The notes beneath the pieces are model-generated. The model saw only the letters and a program-made list of their open reading frames with translations. It was not told where the DNA came from and did no database searches. 64,000 nucleotides of DNA from a virus (Duplodnaviria; Caudoviricetes), in IMG/VR virus record IMGVR_UViG_3300007754_000852. One strand, 5' to 3'. The stretch's first letter is position 1. The number at the start of each line of letters is the position of its first letter. The position numbers were made by a program, and so were the translations under genes. This document shows positions 39,201 through 48,247 of the stretch, in pieces.

Positions 39201-41180
39201 TCCAAGAGTAATGTTTCGTCCATCTTGCAGGAATAGAAGTGTGTTCAATGAGTTACAAAGCGGGTTGTAGCGCAAATCGACGCGCCCTGTGTCCTTGTCC
39301 ACAACAGACGCCTTCTTTAGTGTCGACTGCACCTGCTCCATGTATGTGGGAATATCCTCTGGTGGGACATTTCCAACATCAACGTAGAAGACTCTTCTCT
39401 CAGGAGACCTAACGATCCTGTACACGAGCATCGCATCCTCAACAAGAATTAGCTGTCTCCAGATCCTTCTTGCAGACTCTAAAACAGACGACCCGTAAGG
39501 AAGAAATGCATCATTTCCTAATAGTCTCATGTGTGAGACCTGCCAGTTCTCCAGCGCCTGGTTTCCCTGGGTTATCCACCTGAATCTGACAGCTAGTGGG
39601 TCATCAGGATCATATCCCTCCTCCCTCTCGACCTCATTCACAGGCATCGGATATGCGTTGATAACACCGTGCTCAGGTGACACGTCATTAAAGAGAAAGA
39701 AGTCACCGTACTTGACAAGGCTCCTAACCCATGACGTCATGTTAAACTCAACATTCAAAGTATCGTAGAACAGCTCATGTAGTAGCTTCTTAATCGTCTG
39801 GTTGTCTGAGTGGATGTGTAGAACGTTTCCATGTTCATCTGCAGCAATTGACTCCTCAGAGTAGATATCCAGAGCTGAACTCACCTCCGGTGTGTACTCC
39901 ATTTCGCTGTTTGAAACAAAACACATCTCCTTTTTTGTACTTGTGTCACAGACAGCAAAATTGTGTGTTTTTGTTACAGTTATGTCAAATACCGGCTCTA
40001 CTATGTGTGTATTAACTACATTTATGATCTTATGATTAACATACAATGATTCAAAATCATCAAATGACTTATATCCTTCCCATTTTAATCTATTTAAAAC
40101 TTTATACTTAGATTGGTTAAGCTTTTTAGACAAAACCGTCAGTGTATCACCAGAAACATATTCATCATAAATATTTTGAGCTGTAAAAGATCTATCTGCA
40201 TTTGCATTTTGTAACGCTTTTTGATCTTGCCTGCCTTTGTTTCCTGTACCGGGGGGGTTTGTTTTATTTCTAAGGATCGTTTCTGCAACATTTTTTCTAT
40301 AACCGTCAGTTAGCTTTCTTTTCGCAAGATTTTCTTTTTGATTTTTACGAAGATCTCCTTCAAGAGACCATCTTAGTGTCATATGGCTAGATTGCTTTTC
40401 TCTTTCTTTCGGATCTTCAAATCTTTTATTGTTGATTCTTGCATGCAATGCTAGGTGTTCCTTAGCATCCATTAGCTCAAGATTCTCTATTCTATTGTCT
40501 TCTTTTATAAAATTCTTATGATGAACATGTAATCCATCGGCCTTTTCTATTGAACGATTATTTGAATATTCTGCAACCAATACGTGCTCTGGCTTCCACC
40601 CCCTTGAAAAACCGTAAACCCAGCGATAATTTCCACCAGTTCTTTTAGAATCAAACTTCTTCCTGTAGAATGGCATAACAGCTGTATTGGGCTGGATCGC
40701 ATCTGTTCGACAATACTCACCATTACGAAGCATAATCGGATGATTTCCCGTACATCTAAGTGTAGTACCATTATCAAACGTTATTTCGTATATTTCATCT
40801 TCTACGGTTTGCCAGGCATTTTCTACAGGAGCTAATACAGTTGAATCTGTTTCTTTATCATATGAAAAGACACATACTGTTTCTCCATTTTCAAACTTAG
40901 ATACAATATCTCGAATAGAGATTACACCTTCTTCAGTATTTGTTGCTATTAAAGTATCACCAGTCAAACAAAAATCCGAATACCTCGCCATTCTATCATA
41001 CGTGCCATACGCAGACATTGCAGTGCTGTACACGTGACTCTGATTTCTTCGAAACATGTCAAATGCTGACGAGGTGCCGCTTCCGCTTTCAAAGTCCTTC
41101 ACCCTTCTCTTGATTACAGGGCCGCTTCTAAATAGAAGTGTTAGCCTTCTAAATAGACTCTGTGAATTTTTATCAGCCAT
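36216..41180 (-). CDS. gp20: Portal protein (T4 gp20-like), 1654-aa precursor with three inteins (~681 aa spliced)
   Basis: EMEYTPEVSSALDIY, LVKYGDFFL, EDAMLVYRIVRSPERRVFYVDVGN, EDYYLPVRG, IDTLAGG, EDVEYIQKKLFAALKIPKAYL, EDIRFSRTIARIQ. Confidence 0.95.
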   Translation of the reverse strand: MADKNSQSLFRRLTLLFRSGPVIKRRVKDFESGSGTSSAFDMFRRNQSHVYSTAMSAYGTYDRMARYSDFCLTGDTLIATNTEEGVISIRDIVSKFENGETVCVFSYDKETDSTVLAPVENAWQTVEDEIYEITFDNGTTLRCTGNHPIMLRNGEYCRTDAIQPNTAVMPFYRKKFDSKRTGGNYRWVYGFSRGWKPEHVLVAEYSNNRSIEKADGLHVHHKNFIKEDNRIENLELMDAKEHLALHARINNKRFEDPKEREKQSSHMTLRWSLEGDLRKNQKENLAKRKLTDGYRKNVAETILRNKTNPPGTGNKGRQDQKALQNANADRSFTAQNIYDEYVSGDTLTVLSKKLNQSKYKVLNRLKWEGYKSFDDFESLYVNHKIINVVNTHIVEPVFDITVTKTHNFAVCDTSTKKEMCFVSNSEMEYTPEVSSALDIYSEESIAADEHGNVLHIHSDNQTIKKLLHELFYDTLNVEFNMTSWVRSLVKYGDFFLFNDVSPEHGVINAYPMPVNEVEREEGYDPDDPLAVRFRWITQGNQALENWQVSHMRLLGNDAFLPYGSSVLESARRIWRQLILVEDAMLVYRIVRSPERRVFYVDVGNVPPEDIPTYMEQVQSTLKKASVVDKDTGRVDLRYNPLCNSLNTLLFLQDGRNITLGDLIEERSNGQKDQWVYSIDRDGKKLAPGRVMWAGITKENAKLVRVHLDNNKWLDVTPDHKFMLRNGEYCEAQNLSENDALMPLYKRWSKKGDDKRVIDGYEMIYDPYSQNYVYTHRANIIAESGFEAIKGKVVHHVDFDKTNNSPNNLHPCTWKEHHKIHGDYCVERNKSSAGRKASRKNMINLWEAGKLNPEIYTKMWQNSEIREKRVNALTLKTNSELIHHVIQALNELTTSAREYEVRTWLNNDNNFTSYLRSLNENFENGFNDKLSKGQFIQQLRKNGFKNLREVKDYYASLRAPWKEIEIYASNSINISRNDIIRHFGISRYDFMRILQSHGYTGKSFDTTYLSGGKFNKPNSACRGCDTDIKSYKTFCSQDCYWTWMSGKTRSEMKQAASYANHKVVCVEVLDHTENVGAVTIEGYHNFATPGDSRCFSDDQRIESGVFIKNSVDEDYYLPVRGGESGTKIDTLAGGANATAIEDVEYIQKKLFAALKIPKAYLGYDEGLGAKATLCLRGNTEICLVDGRKLSILDIVNEFNDGKKLKVYSYDHDNKRTTFGNITNAWATKEVTELYRVTLDNGKIVECTDNHPFLMKDGLYTNAEDLSIGESPMTHCEDNLLEDNINSNHKIANIEIVKLDEPELVYDITVDTHHNFALAAEIFVHNSQEDIRFSRTIARIQRTIIAEMNKIAIIHLFCNGFEGEDLLDFTLQLSNPSTIAQQQKLELFRSRFEIAGSASGIEGLVDREWLRRNIFNMTDDEIDKISKGRFGDRLMDLKVEAVHLPGDEPEGADELAMGPESEEPEDEEPAVADLALAGDDRNSSGLDLLTSSGVREFDEIDLGSLSIRDETSPITAQGTVDRLSEVVDDDDDDDDKTPAEVEDEKRKRRRGRNNNDTDHSRIVSHDRNNASDSITHPFGMKQKRYQDRSDLRGLVRVSIPTLSEMDDAEFMDMIDDKIETQNKMTSDVRSSLKSLGNTISNRRRVISENDNSSEED
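37209..37664 (-). mobile_element. Portal intein 3, mini-intein (152 aa, no endonuclease)
   Basis: KATL|CLRGNTEICLVDG...VYDITVDTHHNFALAAEIFVHN|SQED. Confidence 0.92.
37857..39257 (-). mobile_element. Portal intein 2 (467 aa) with HNH endonuclease
   Basis: YNPL|CNSLNTLLFLQDG...VVHHVDFDKTNNSPNNL...GVFIKN|SVDED. Confidence 0.9.
39909..40970 (-). mobile_element. Portal intein 1 (354 aa) with HNH endonuclease
   Basis: YSDF|CLTGDTLIAT...HVHHKNFIKEDNRIENL...CFVSN|SEME. Confidence 0.92.
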
Positions 41181-41194
41181 CTATGTCCCTCTCT

Positions 41195-42820
41195 CTACTT
41201 ATACACCCATTCCCACTCTGAGAGAATGTTTAGTTTCTTATTCCACTCACCTGACAGCTTGCTCTTTTTGAAGTCATCTGGCTGCACCTTTGGATCTCTT
41301 GTTGCAGAGCTATATGGCCTCCCTTCTGTGATCGCACCGGGCATGTCGTCGTATGTGTTTCTTGACACAGACATTGCCTTTAGCATTGCGCTGTTAAGAG
41401 ACGATGCTGTCTGACTGTACTCTGAAGATGCATCATATAGCCACATCGCGATGGCCATGCTCATAACTAGATCGTCATTGTACCCCTTCATCGCCTGTGC
41501 CTTTTGACCCTTCCACACGAACGTCTTTAGCTCGTCATAAAATCTCGTTGAGTAGATCTTTATCTGCTTATTCCTTATTACCTCTTCGAGTTTTGCAAGA
41601 ATTAGATTTCTACTCTTTCCTGAGGTTGTGAATCCTGCGATATCACTATCCTTGCTGGGCACATAGTCCCCGACATACACTGCCTTTCTTCTCTTGTGAT
41701 AAAGATTAGGATATTGCATTTCTTTTAGCTTTAAAACAGTTGCGTACCCATAGCTGTTATTTTCAGGGCATAGTAATGCCTTATTATATCTGTGGCCGAA
41801 CTCGTGTAAAAGCTCTGCAAACTTATCTGGGGGTATCTTTCCCTTATATTCTGCAACACACTCACCTTCTGTAACGTCTATCACGTGAAATGTCGAATAG
41901 TCTCTTGAGTCACCTCTTGAGACGTCTGCAGATATGACATACTGATGCTCTGATAGCGGATATCTCCATATCCACACATTCATATCATTGCCTGCCCTAT
42001 CTATGGGAGGCTTGCACTCTAATCTTATCCAGTCTATCTCACTGTCTGACAGGAATGTCTCACCCGATGATGCGAAGTCACAGAGATACTCCTGAGAGAT
42101 CTGTCTCTGCGATAGGTTTTTAGTTGTCTCATTAAACCACGTCTCATCTCTCTCTGGGTGGATGTTCCATGGAAGCTTTATCGACCTGAACTCGTTTAAT
42201 CCTGCCTCGGCATCAGTGTATAGCTTATAATACTGACCACCAACGCCATTGGGTGTTGATAGTATGATGACTCGACCACCTGTAGAGATCGTGGGATATA
42301 ATCCCATCCACAGCTCATCAAAATTTCTAACGAATGCTGCCTCGTCGATGATGAGAAGAGATAGCGCCTCAGATCGACCGGCATCGTCAGATGTCGGTAT
42401 CGCCTTGATCGATGATCCGTGACTAAACTCTATCAGCTGCTTATTGTTTGTGACGATCTCAGGTAAGACTAACCACTTAGGCAGACTTCTAATCATCGTC
42501 TTTACCTTGCTAATAAAATTTTGAGCAACTGATAATTTTGTTGCGATAATTAAAACATTCTTATCTTTCTGAAATAATGCCAGCCACACAGAGTAGGCTG
42601 CCACAAGAGTTGACATTCCTAGCTGTCTAGACTTAAGGATTATTGAAAATCTCTCATCAATAAATGTTTCAACACAGTCATCCTGAAACGGGTATGTGTC
42701 AAACTGTATTAGACCGCGAACAGGATGCTGTATTTTTAAATAGTTGTTAAAGAAGTATACAGGATCTTTACCAGACTTAACGATCTCCTTTATCTGATTT
42801 GTCTTGTTTATTTTTGTCAT
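41195..42820 (-). CDS. terL: Terminase large subunit (T4 gp17-like, 541 aa)
   Basis: Walker A KSRQLGMST, Walker B LLIIDEAAF, ILSTPNG, nuclease ISADVSRG..DYS and DDLVMS. Confidence 0.95.
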   Translation of the reverse strand: MTKINKTNQIKEIVKSGKDPVYFFNNYLKIQHPVRGLIQFDTYPFQDDCVETFIDERFSIILKSRQLGMSTLVAAYSVWLALFQKDKNVLIIATKLSVAQNFISKVKTMIRSLPKWLVLPEIVTNNKQLIEFSHGSSIKAIPTSDDAGRSEALSLLIIDEAAFVRNFDELWMGLYPTISTGGRVIILSTPNGVGGQYYKLYTDAEAGLNEFRSIKLPWNIHPERDETWFNETTKNLSQRQISQEYLCDFASSGETFLSDSEIDWIRLECKPPIDRAGNDMNVWIWRYPLSEHQYVISADVSRGDSRDYSTFHVIDVTEGECVAEYKGKIPPDKFAELLHEFGHRYNKALLCPENNSYGYATVLKLKEMQYPNLYHKRRKAVYVGDYVPSKDSDIAGFTTSGKSRNLILAKLEEVIRNKQIKIYSTRFYDELKTFVWKGQKAQAMKGYNDDLVMSMAIAMWLYDASSEYSQTASSLNSAMLKAMSVSRNTYDDMPGAITEGRPYSSATRDPKVQPDDFKKSKLSGEWNKKLNILSEWEWVYK

Positions 42821-43209
42821 TATTCACAGAGAAACCTTGTTGACCTTCTGTAATAGGCGACCTTCCTTGGTGTGTAAGGAGATGTTGTAATCATCTCGAC
42901 ACTGTCATCTGTATCCAGCTCTTTTAGCTTAAGAGATCTACTTACATCATTTTTGAATTCTTTTTTAATATTTTTGATGTATTCCTTGATTAACTTAACA
43001 GATTCTTCCTCAAAAACCTTAACCTGATCTCTCAGATTTCTTTCAGATGCTAGATGAACAACTGTGGTATATTTTAGTGTTAGTACTTCTCCGGCGAGCG
43101 ACCCTTTAATTGACATGGTTGGAGACTTTACAGTTGAGCTCTTGCCAAATGTGTCGTTTAAAATTTGTCCAATACAATTAGTTTCTTCAAAGTTTAGCAT
43201 TATTATCAC
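42820..43209 (-). CDS. Hypothetical protein (~126-129 aa)
   Basis: ORF coupled to terminase start (TAATG); start GTG 43209 or ATG 43200. Confidence 0.7.
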   Translation of the reverse strand: MIIMLNFEETNCIGQILNDTFGKSSTVKSPTMSIKGSLAGEVLTLKYTTVVHLASERNLRDQVKVFEEESVKLIKEYIKNIKKEFKNDVSRSLKLKELDTDDSVEMITTSPYTPRKVAYYRRSTRFLCE

Positions 43210-43231
43210 CCAATATAAGTATTTATCAAGT

Positions 43232-43486
43232 CTAGATTTGAAAACTAGGAGGAATTAGCTTTCTTTTTTTAATTTCCACATCTAGATCACGCTCTAACGG
43301 CCTCCAGCCTGCGATCCAGCGATCTCTATTTGGTTCGGCCCACTTGATAGCACAGTCTGAACAACATTTATATCTAGTGTAATAGACATCGTCATCAGAG
43401 TTATTCATCACAAATCTGCATACAGGACAGAATAAAGGGGTTATGTCTGACTCTCTTCCGTTAATGATGATAATTTCATCATTCAT
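43232..43486 (-). CDS. Small Cys-rich putative Zn-binding protein
   Basis: CPVC...CCSDC; start revised to ATG 43486 overlapping the SbcCD stop. Confidence 0.6.
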   Translation of the reverse strand: MNDEIIIINGRESDITPLFCPVCRFVMNNSDDDVYYTRYKCCSDCAIKWAEPNRDRWIAGWRPLERDLDVEIKKRKLIPPSFQI

Positions 43487-46400
43487 GGAACACCATCGTA
43501 TCCTTTTCATTTTTCAGTATCTCAAGAGAGTTATCAACAGCATCTTTTATCGCATCAACGTGTGATATAACTATGATATTCTTGAACCACTTCTTAAGAG
43601 ACTCAAGTAATCTGCTACAGGCCTCAATGCTTGTCTCATCAAGCGCACCGAACCCCTCATCAATAATTAGCATATTTGTCTTTGGAAGAGAGCTAACGTT
43701 GATCAGTGCAACTCTCATTGCAAGTGATGCCATCATCTTTTCCATTCCAGATGCTAGCTCAATTATCCTCTTTGAGTCACCATAGTCAATAAAGATATCC
43801 ATTGCATTAGATGCAGGATCTGCAACTAACTCAACTGTAAAACCTGTAACACCCTGGAGTATCTTTAATATCTCATCATTTATTAGGGGAAGCTGGGACA
43901 TCATTATCTGGAGTGGGATTCCCTTTTTTGACATTGCCTGTATAAACATATCATACATCTTGAGATCCCTTCGTATCTTATTAAATTCACTCTTTTCGCT
44001 CTTTAGCCTCGTTATCTCAACGTTGGCACGGGCTATCTCATTAGAACACGACAGCCTTTTTTCATCTAGGCGCTCTATCTCATCCCTTAGTGATGAAATG
44101 TTGCTTTTAAGTTTGATGCACTCTGATGATGACTCTTCGTCAACTACCCTTATAAGCATGTCATCTAAGATTTTTAAATTTTCATCAACGATCCTTTCTG
44201 AATTTGATATCTTAGATTGCAACTCGCCCCTTTCAACTTCAAAGCTCGAAATTTTTCGAAGAATCTCGGCCTCCTTTTCAGAAATCTTATCAAACTTTTT
44301 AATCTTATCTTCTACGTTCTCTAGCTTTATTTTTTCAAATGCTTTTGTTGCCTTGGTTAAATTTTTAGACATACTAGAGACAGCAAGCTTTTGTGACTCA
44401 ATGCTCTTTTTATCCTTGTGAGAGTCTTTAATGAACTTACATGATGAAAACTCATCACCACACGGAACATCTAGTAGCTTTTTAACAGATCGTTTCTGAC
44501 GACTGAGTATGTTTTTTTGAACCTCGCACTCGTGCTCAAGTGAGAGCAAAGATTTTTCAAGAGACGTCTGTGATGCCAAACTCTCTCTAAGCTTCTTGAT
44601 CGGAAAGTCATTCTTTACACACTTAATTCTTAGCATTCTTTCATTTTCTTTCTTTAGATTGTCACTTAAGACTCTTAGGTCTCTTTCATAACACTCTAGC
44701 TCATCTTTATTTTTGTTAACCTTCTCCCTGTGGTCTTTGACGTCAGACGGTGTAACAATATCAATTCCGCCTGTTGTTGCTAGCTCAATGCTTAGCCTCT
44801 CAAGGATTTCTCTTTTTGTCTTTATCGTACTCTCAGTATTCACAAGACTTTCTTTATTTTTTTCAATGATTGATGTTTGATCATCAATTAACGAGTCCCA
44901 GTCCTCATGTTTCATCAGTCTGGCTTTTGATCGTGTATCAGATGAGTCATTTTTTGCAAAATCATGAAGCTTATCAAATATGTCTAGATCAAGAAAGTTT
45001 GTCAATATCATTTTTCTTGCAGTTGCCTTTTCTCTAATGAACGTATTCATCTGTCCCTGTGACGCAAGAGATGTCATTAAGAAATCTTCTGATGTTCCTA
45101 TCATATTTCTAACAATCTTTTCAGTGTTTCTTCGTTGCTCACCTGATAGGTCTGATACTATGTCGCCCGCGTCATCAATCTCATATAGGTAGAGGCTCGT
45201 TGTTGCATATGTGTCATTTTTTTTTGTTGTATTTTTGACAGTCTTTCTCTTTATTCTAAACTTTTTTCCATTCATGCTAAATTCAATTGTTGAGCTACAA
45301 CTATTCTTTCTATTATTGATTACATGAATGTTTTTTATCGGACCTCTGTCTGTAGTGTTAAATAAACCATACATCAATGATCCAATTATCGATGACTTTC
45401 CTTTTGTATTTTTTCCAAAGATTCCAGTTATTCCAGGAAGATTATCAAAATTTACCATATTTCCAGAACCGTATGCAAACGTATTATTAAACTTAAAATT
45501 ATTAATTTGCCACCTTACGTTTCTTAGCCTCTCATCCTCTAACACTATTTGAGATAGATATTTGTCAATTAGATTATCAAATTTATCAAATGTTCCTTTT
45601 CTATGGCTAATGTTATCATAATATTCTCTAATCAGCCTTTTTTGAGCTTTTGCATCTCTTAAATTATCACCACTTACACTTTTTTTATTGTTAATTTCTG
45701 ATGAATTAAATGTTGTTTCAGACTTAAACACGACCTCAGATGCAGACTTAAACGTTAACAGCTCATTTTGAACCTGTCTTGATGTTGCCTGTGTCATACT
45801 TTGGTCAGATCGTATCCTGAACCTGGAACCGTTTGGATACTTTGCAGATTCTATTAATGTCTTTTTAACGCTTCCCTTCCAGTCAATCGTTATAAATGGC
45901 TTACTGTGTGGTATCTCATGAAAAGAAACATCGAAGTCATCCTTTCCCCTGATATCCCAAAATAAAAACCCCTTGCCGACCGACTCACCGTAATTTTGCT
46001 GAATTTGTGACCCGCAATAGGCTATCTTTTTATCATCAGTTAAGAATTGAACATAGTGAATGTCAGCTAAAAGAGCATAGTCATAATCATCAAAAAAGTT
46101 TGCTGTTATCTCACCTTCAAGCTCCCAATTTGAATCAGTCTTAGAACCCTGAACACATCCGTGAAATAGTGCTATATTTACATCATCGTCAGTCGGTTTG
46201 ACATCTTTCCAGCCTGGCTCATCAAAGCATGAAAATACGTTCCAGCTAAATCCAGGATGATCTACTATGGGATATGTTCCTGAATCCTTATAAAGATATA
46301 TGTTTGGATCATTTAATGCTGACAGTATCGGTGATATCGCATCCTGTCTAGACTTATTCAAAAGAAGGCCGTCATGATTTCCAAGAATCACATGGACAGG

Positions 46401-46616
46401 TGCGATCGACGACAGCTCCCTAAACCACCAACAGATGTTGTCTATCAGCTCTGGAGATATCCCTTGCGTCTTTGAATGAACAATATCACCGCCGACGTAG
46501 ATGACATCTGGATTTAATTCTGTAGCAATCTTAAAAAAGGCTGCAAATGACTCTCGATACTCGTCGTGGCGTGAAAGTCCACGCCAGTGAATATCTCCTA
46601 AATGTATGACTTTCAT
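43479..46616 (-). CDS. sbcCD: Fused SbcD/Mre11 nuclease + SbcC/Rad50 ATPase (T4 gp47+gp46 equivalent, 1045 aa)
   Basis: N-term GDIH, GGDIVH, GNHD phosphoesterase motifs; Walker A GKNTKGKSS; coiled coil; signature ASGME; Walker B IIDEGFGALD; ISH. Confidence 0.9.
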   Translation of the reverse strand: MKVIHLGDIHWRGLSRHDEYRESFAAFFKIATELNPDVIYVGGDIVHSKTQGISPELIDNICWWFRELSSIAPVHVILGNHDGLLLNKSRQDAISPILSALNDPNIYLYKDSGTYPIVDHPGFSWNVFSCFDEPGWKDVKPTDDDVNIALFHGCVQGSKTDSNWELEGEITANFFDDYDYALLADIHYVQFLTDDKKIAYCGSQIQQNYGESVGKGFLFWDIRGKDDFDVSFHEIPHSKPFITIDWKGSVKKTLIESAKYPNGSRFRIRSDQSMTQATSRQVQNELLTFKSASEVVFKSETTFNSSEINNKKSVSGDNLRDAKAQKRLIREYYDNISHRKGTFDKFDNLIDKYLSQIVLEDERLRNVRWQINNFKFNNTFAYGSGNMVNFDNLPGITGIFGKNTKGKSSIIGSLMYGLFNTTDRGPIKNIHVINNRKNSCSSTIEFSMNGKKFRIKRKTVKNTTKKNDTYATTSLYLYEIDDAGDIVSDLSGEQRRNTEKIVRNMIGTSEDFLMTSLASQGQMNTFIREKATARKMILTNFLDLDIFDKLHDFAKNDSSDTRSKARLMKHEDWDSLIDDQTSIIEKNKESLVNTESTIKTKREILERLSIELATTGGIDIVTPSDVKDHREKVNKNKDELECYERDLRVLSDNLKKENERMLRIKCVKNDFPIKKLRESLASQTSLEKSLLSLEHECEVQKNILSRQKRSVKKLLDVPCGDEFSSCKFIKDSHKDKKSIESQKLAVSSMSKNLTKATKAFEKIKLENVEDKIKKFDKISEKEAEILRKISSFEVERGELQSKISNSERIVDENLKILDDMLIRVVDEESSSECIKLKSNISSLRDEIERLDEKRLSCSNEIARANVEITRLKSEKSEFNKIRRDLKMYDMFIQAMSKKGIPLQIMMSQLPLINDEILKILQGVTGFTVELVADPASNAMDIFIDYGDSKRIIELASGMEKMMASLAMRVALINVSSLPKTNMLIIDEGFGALDETSIEACSRLLESLKKWFKNIIVISHVDAIKDAVDNSLEILKNEKDTMVFHE

Positions 46617-46697
46617 ATACTCAAATTTTGCACAAGTCCAATAATATTACACAACCTGTACTGGTATTTACAAAAACATCTCATCTAATAAATAATC

Positions 46698-47669
46698 TTA
46701 AAATGATGATCCACTCTGTAGCCTTCCTATTTTCCTTAAAAGAAAATCAGACATATTCCACTCAACTGCCTCATCCCTCTTAGCTAAAAAGTCTTTCTTG
46801 CTCATATCACCCACGTCTGTGTCTTCATCAAGGCTTACCATTCTAACATGACAGCAGTATTCTGACAATAGCCTTGCATATCTGTCTGTCTTGATCACCA
46901 TGTCTGAGTCTAGCGCTAATAGAACTGGAGTGCTATTGGCTATGATTCTTTTGAATAGCATTGATTTTTCACTAAGTGACGATCCTAAAAGACATGTTGC
47001 ATTTGAATTACACTTTACAAGATCAAACGGGCCTTCGACGATCGTTAGTTCATCATTCCATCTTATGTTTATCTCATTAAACACAATAGATGTCTTGTCT
47101 AGCTTTGAATTTAGATACTTTGGCCTTACCTTATTATCAATGGTTCTAGAAGAAAAGTAGTTAAGATCACCAAATTCATCAAATGATGGTACTATTATCC
47201 TTCTTCTGTGCTCGCCGGACCTGGCTGTTCCAAACTTAAAATACCAAAAGTCTCTATCTTTTAGACCCCTGCCATAGACATAGCTGATACAAGCCTTTAT
47301 GTCAGGATCGTTACTATCAAGACTATCAGCGAGCAAGACAAAGTCATCTGGTAACCTTACACTCTCCTCTATGTCGTCTTCATGTGTAGGTTCCAGGCTT
47401 TTTCCTAAAAACTCTGACGCGTATTGTCTTGCAAGAGAGACATCTATGTATCTCTTTATTATATTTTCGAGAGTCTTTCCCTTTGTACCACACACCCAAC
47501 AGTGAAACTGCCACGTCTCTAGGTTTATCGAAAGCTTTTTCTTTCTCACCTGTCTACTGTTAGATGCACACGCAGGACACATCACAGCTATATTTTTTCC
47601 ATCTCTTGCTAGTATTGCAGGACCAAACACCCTTTTAACAAATCGAATTTTTTCACTTATGCTTTTCAT
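46698..47669 (-). CDS. dnaG: DnaG-type DNA primase (zinc finger + TOPRIM, 323 aa)
   Basis: CPAC...HCWVC zinc-binding domain; IVEGPFD and ALDSD TOPRIM motifs. Confidence 0.8.
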   Translation of the reverse strand: MKSISEKIRFVKRVFGPAILARDGKNIAVMCPACASNSRQVRKKKLSINLETWQFHCWVCGTKGKTLENIIKRYIDVSLARQYASEFLGKSLEPTHEDDIEESVRLPDDFVLLADSLDSNDPDIKACISYVYGRGLKDRDFWYFKFGTARSGEHRRRIIVPSFDEFGDLNYFSSRTIDNKVRPKYLNSKLDKTSIVFNEINIRWNDELTIVEGPFDLVKCNSNATCLLGSSLSEKSMLFKRIIANSTPVLLALDSDMVIKTDRYARLLSEYCCHVRMVSLDEDTDVGDMSKKDFLAKRDEAVEWNMSDFLLRKIGRLQSGSSF

Positions 47670-47699
47670 GTATAACTTTAAAAATATACAATTATTTCT

Positions 47700-48242
47700 T
47701 CACGTGTTCATATGTGAATATGCACTAGCGATGACATACGCATCTGCTGAATCAAAGCACCCCTCTGACACAACAGTCTGCCCCTTTCTCGGTCCGCTTT
47801 TTAGCACTCTCGTCTCCCAGATATGATCAGGAATTTTTGATGATACCCACTCAAGAATCTGTTCCTTTGTCGTCTTATCAGATTTTCTATCAAGCTTTAG
47901 CCCGACAGACTTTCTAGCAACGTTGACATTAATGTGGTCAGGCTTCATGTTAAACCTGTCGTAGCAGATATACGATATAATTCCATTAAATCTGGCAAGA
48001 GTCATTAATGTCTTAGCTGATGATAGCCCAGGTCTAAATGCCTGTAAGTTTTCTTCAATTAAGATTTTTTGTATCGCGTGTTTTTTAAAAACATCTGACA
48101 GATCGTCGGCAACCCTTGATGCCTTATCATACATTTCGTCTATCTTTTTTAAAGAGATAAACCCAATATCGACAAGAGATCCGTCATAATCAATAACACA
48201 CCAGCCTGTACAACTTGTTGAAACATCGAGGCCAAGTATCAT
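47700..48242 (-). CDS. ruvC: RuvC-like Holliday junction resolvase
   Basis: MILGLDVSTSCTGWCV, ILIEE, DSADAYVIA acidic catalytic pattern. Confidence 0.8.
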   Translation of the reverse strand: MILGLDVSTSCTGWCVIDYDGSLVDIGFISLKKIDEMYDKASRVADDLSDVFKKHAIQKILIEENLQAFRPGLSSAKTLMTLARFNGIISYICYDRFNMKPDHINVNVARKSVGLKLDRKSDKTTKEQILEWVSSKIPDHIWETRVLKSGPRKGQTVVSEGCFDSADAYVIASAYSHMNT

Positions 48243-48247
48243 TTTAA

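Noticed and set aside
28348-42820. Eukaryotic herpes-like or mirusvirus origin
   Set aside because: Contractile sheath/tube/baseplate genes, Shine-Dalgarno sites, coupled operons and rho-independent terminators indicate a prokaryotic myovirus.
42820-43209. Small terminase call for the gene upstream of terL
   Set aside because: Only position supports it; no recognisable motif.
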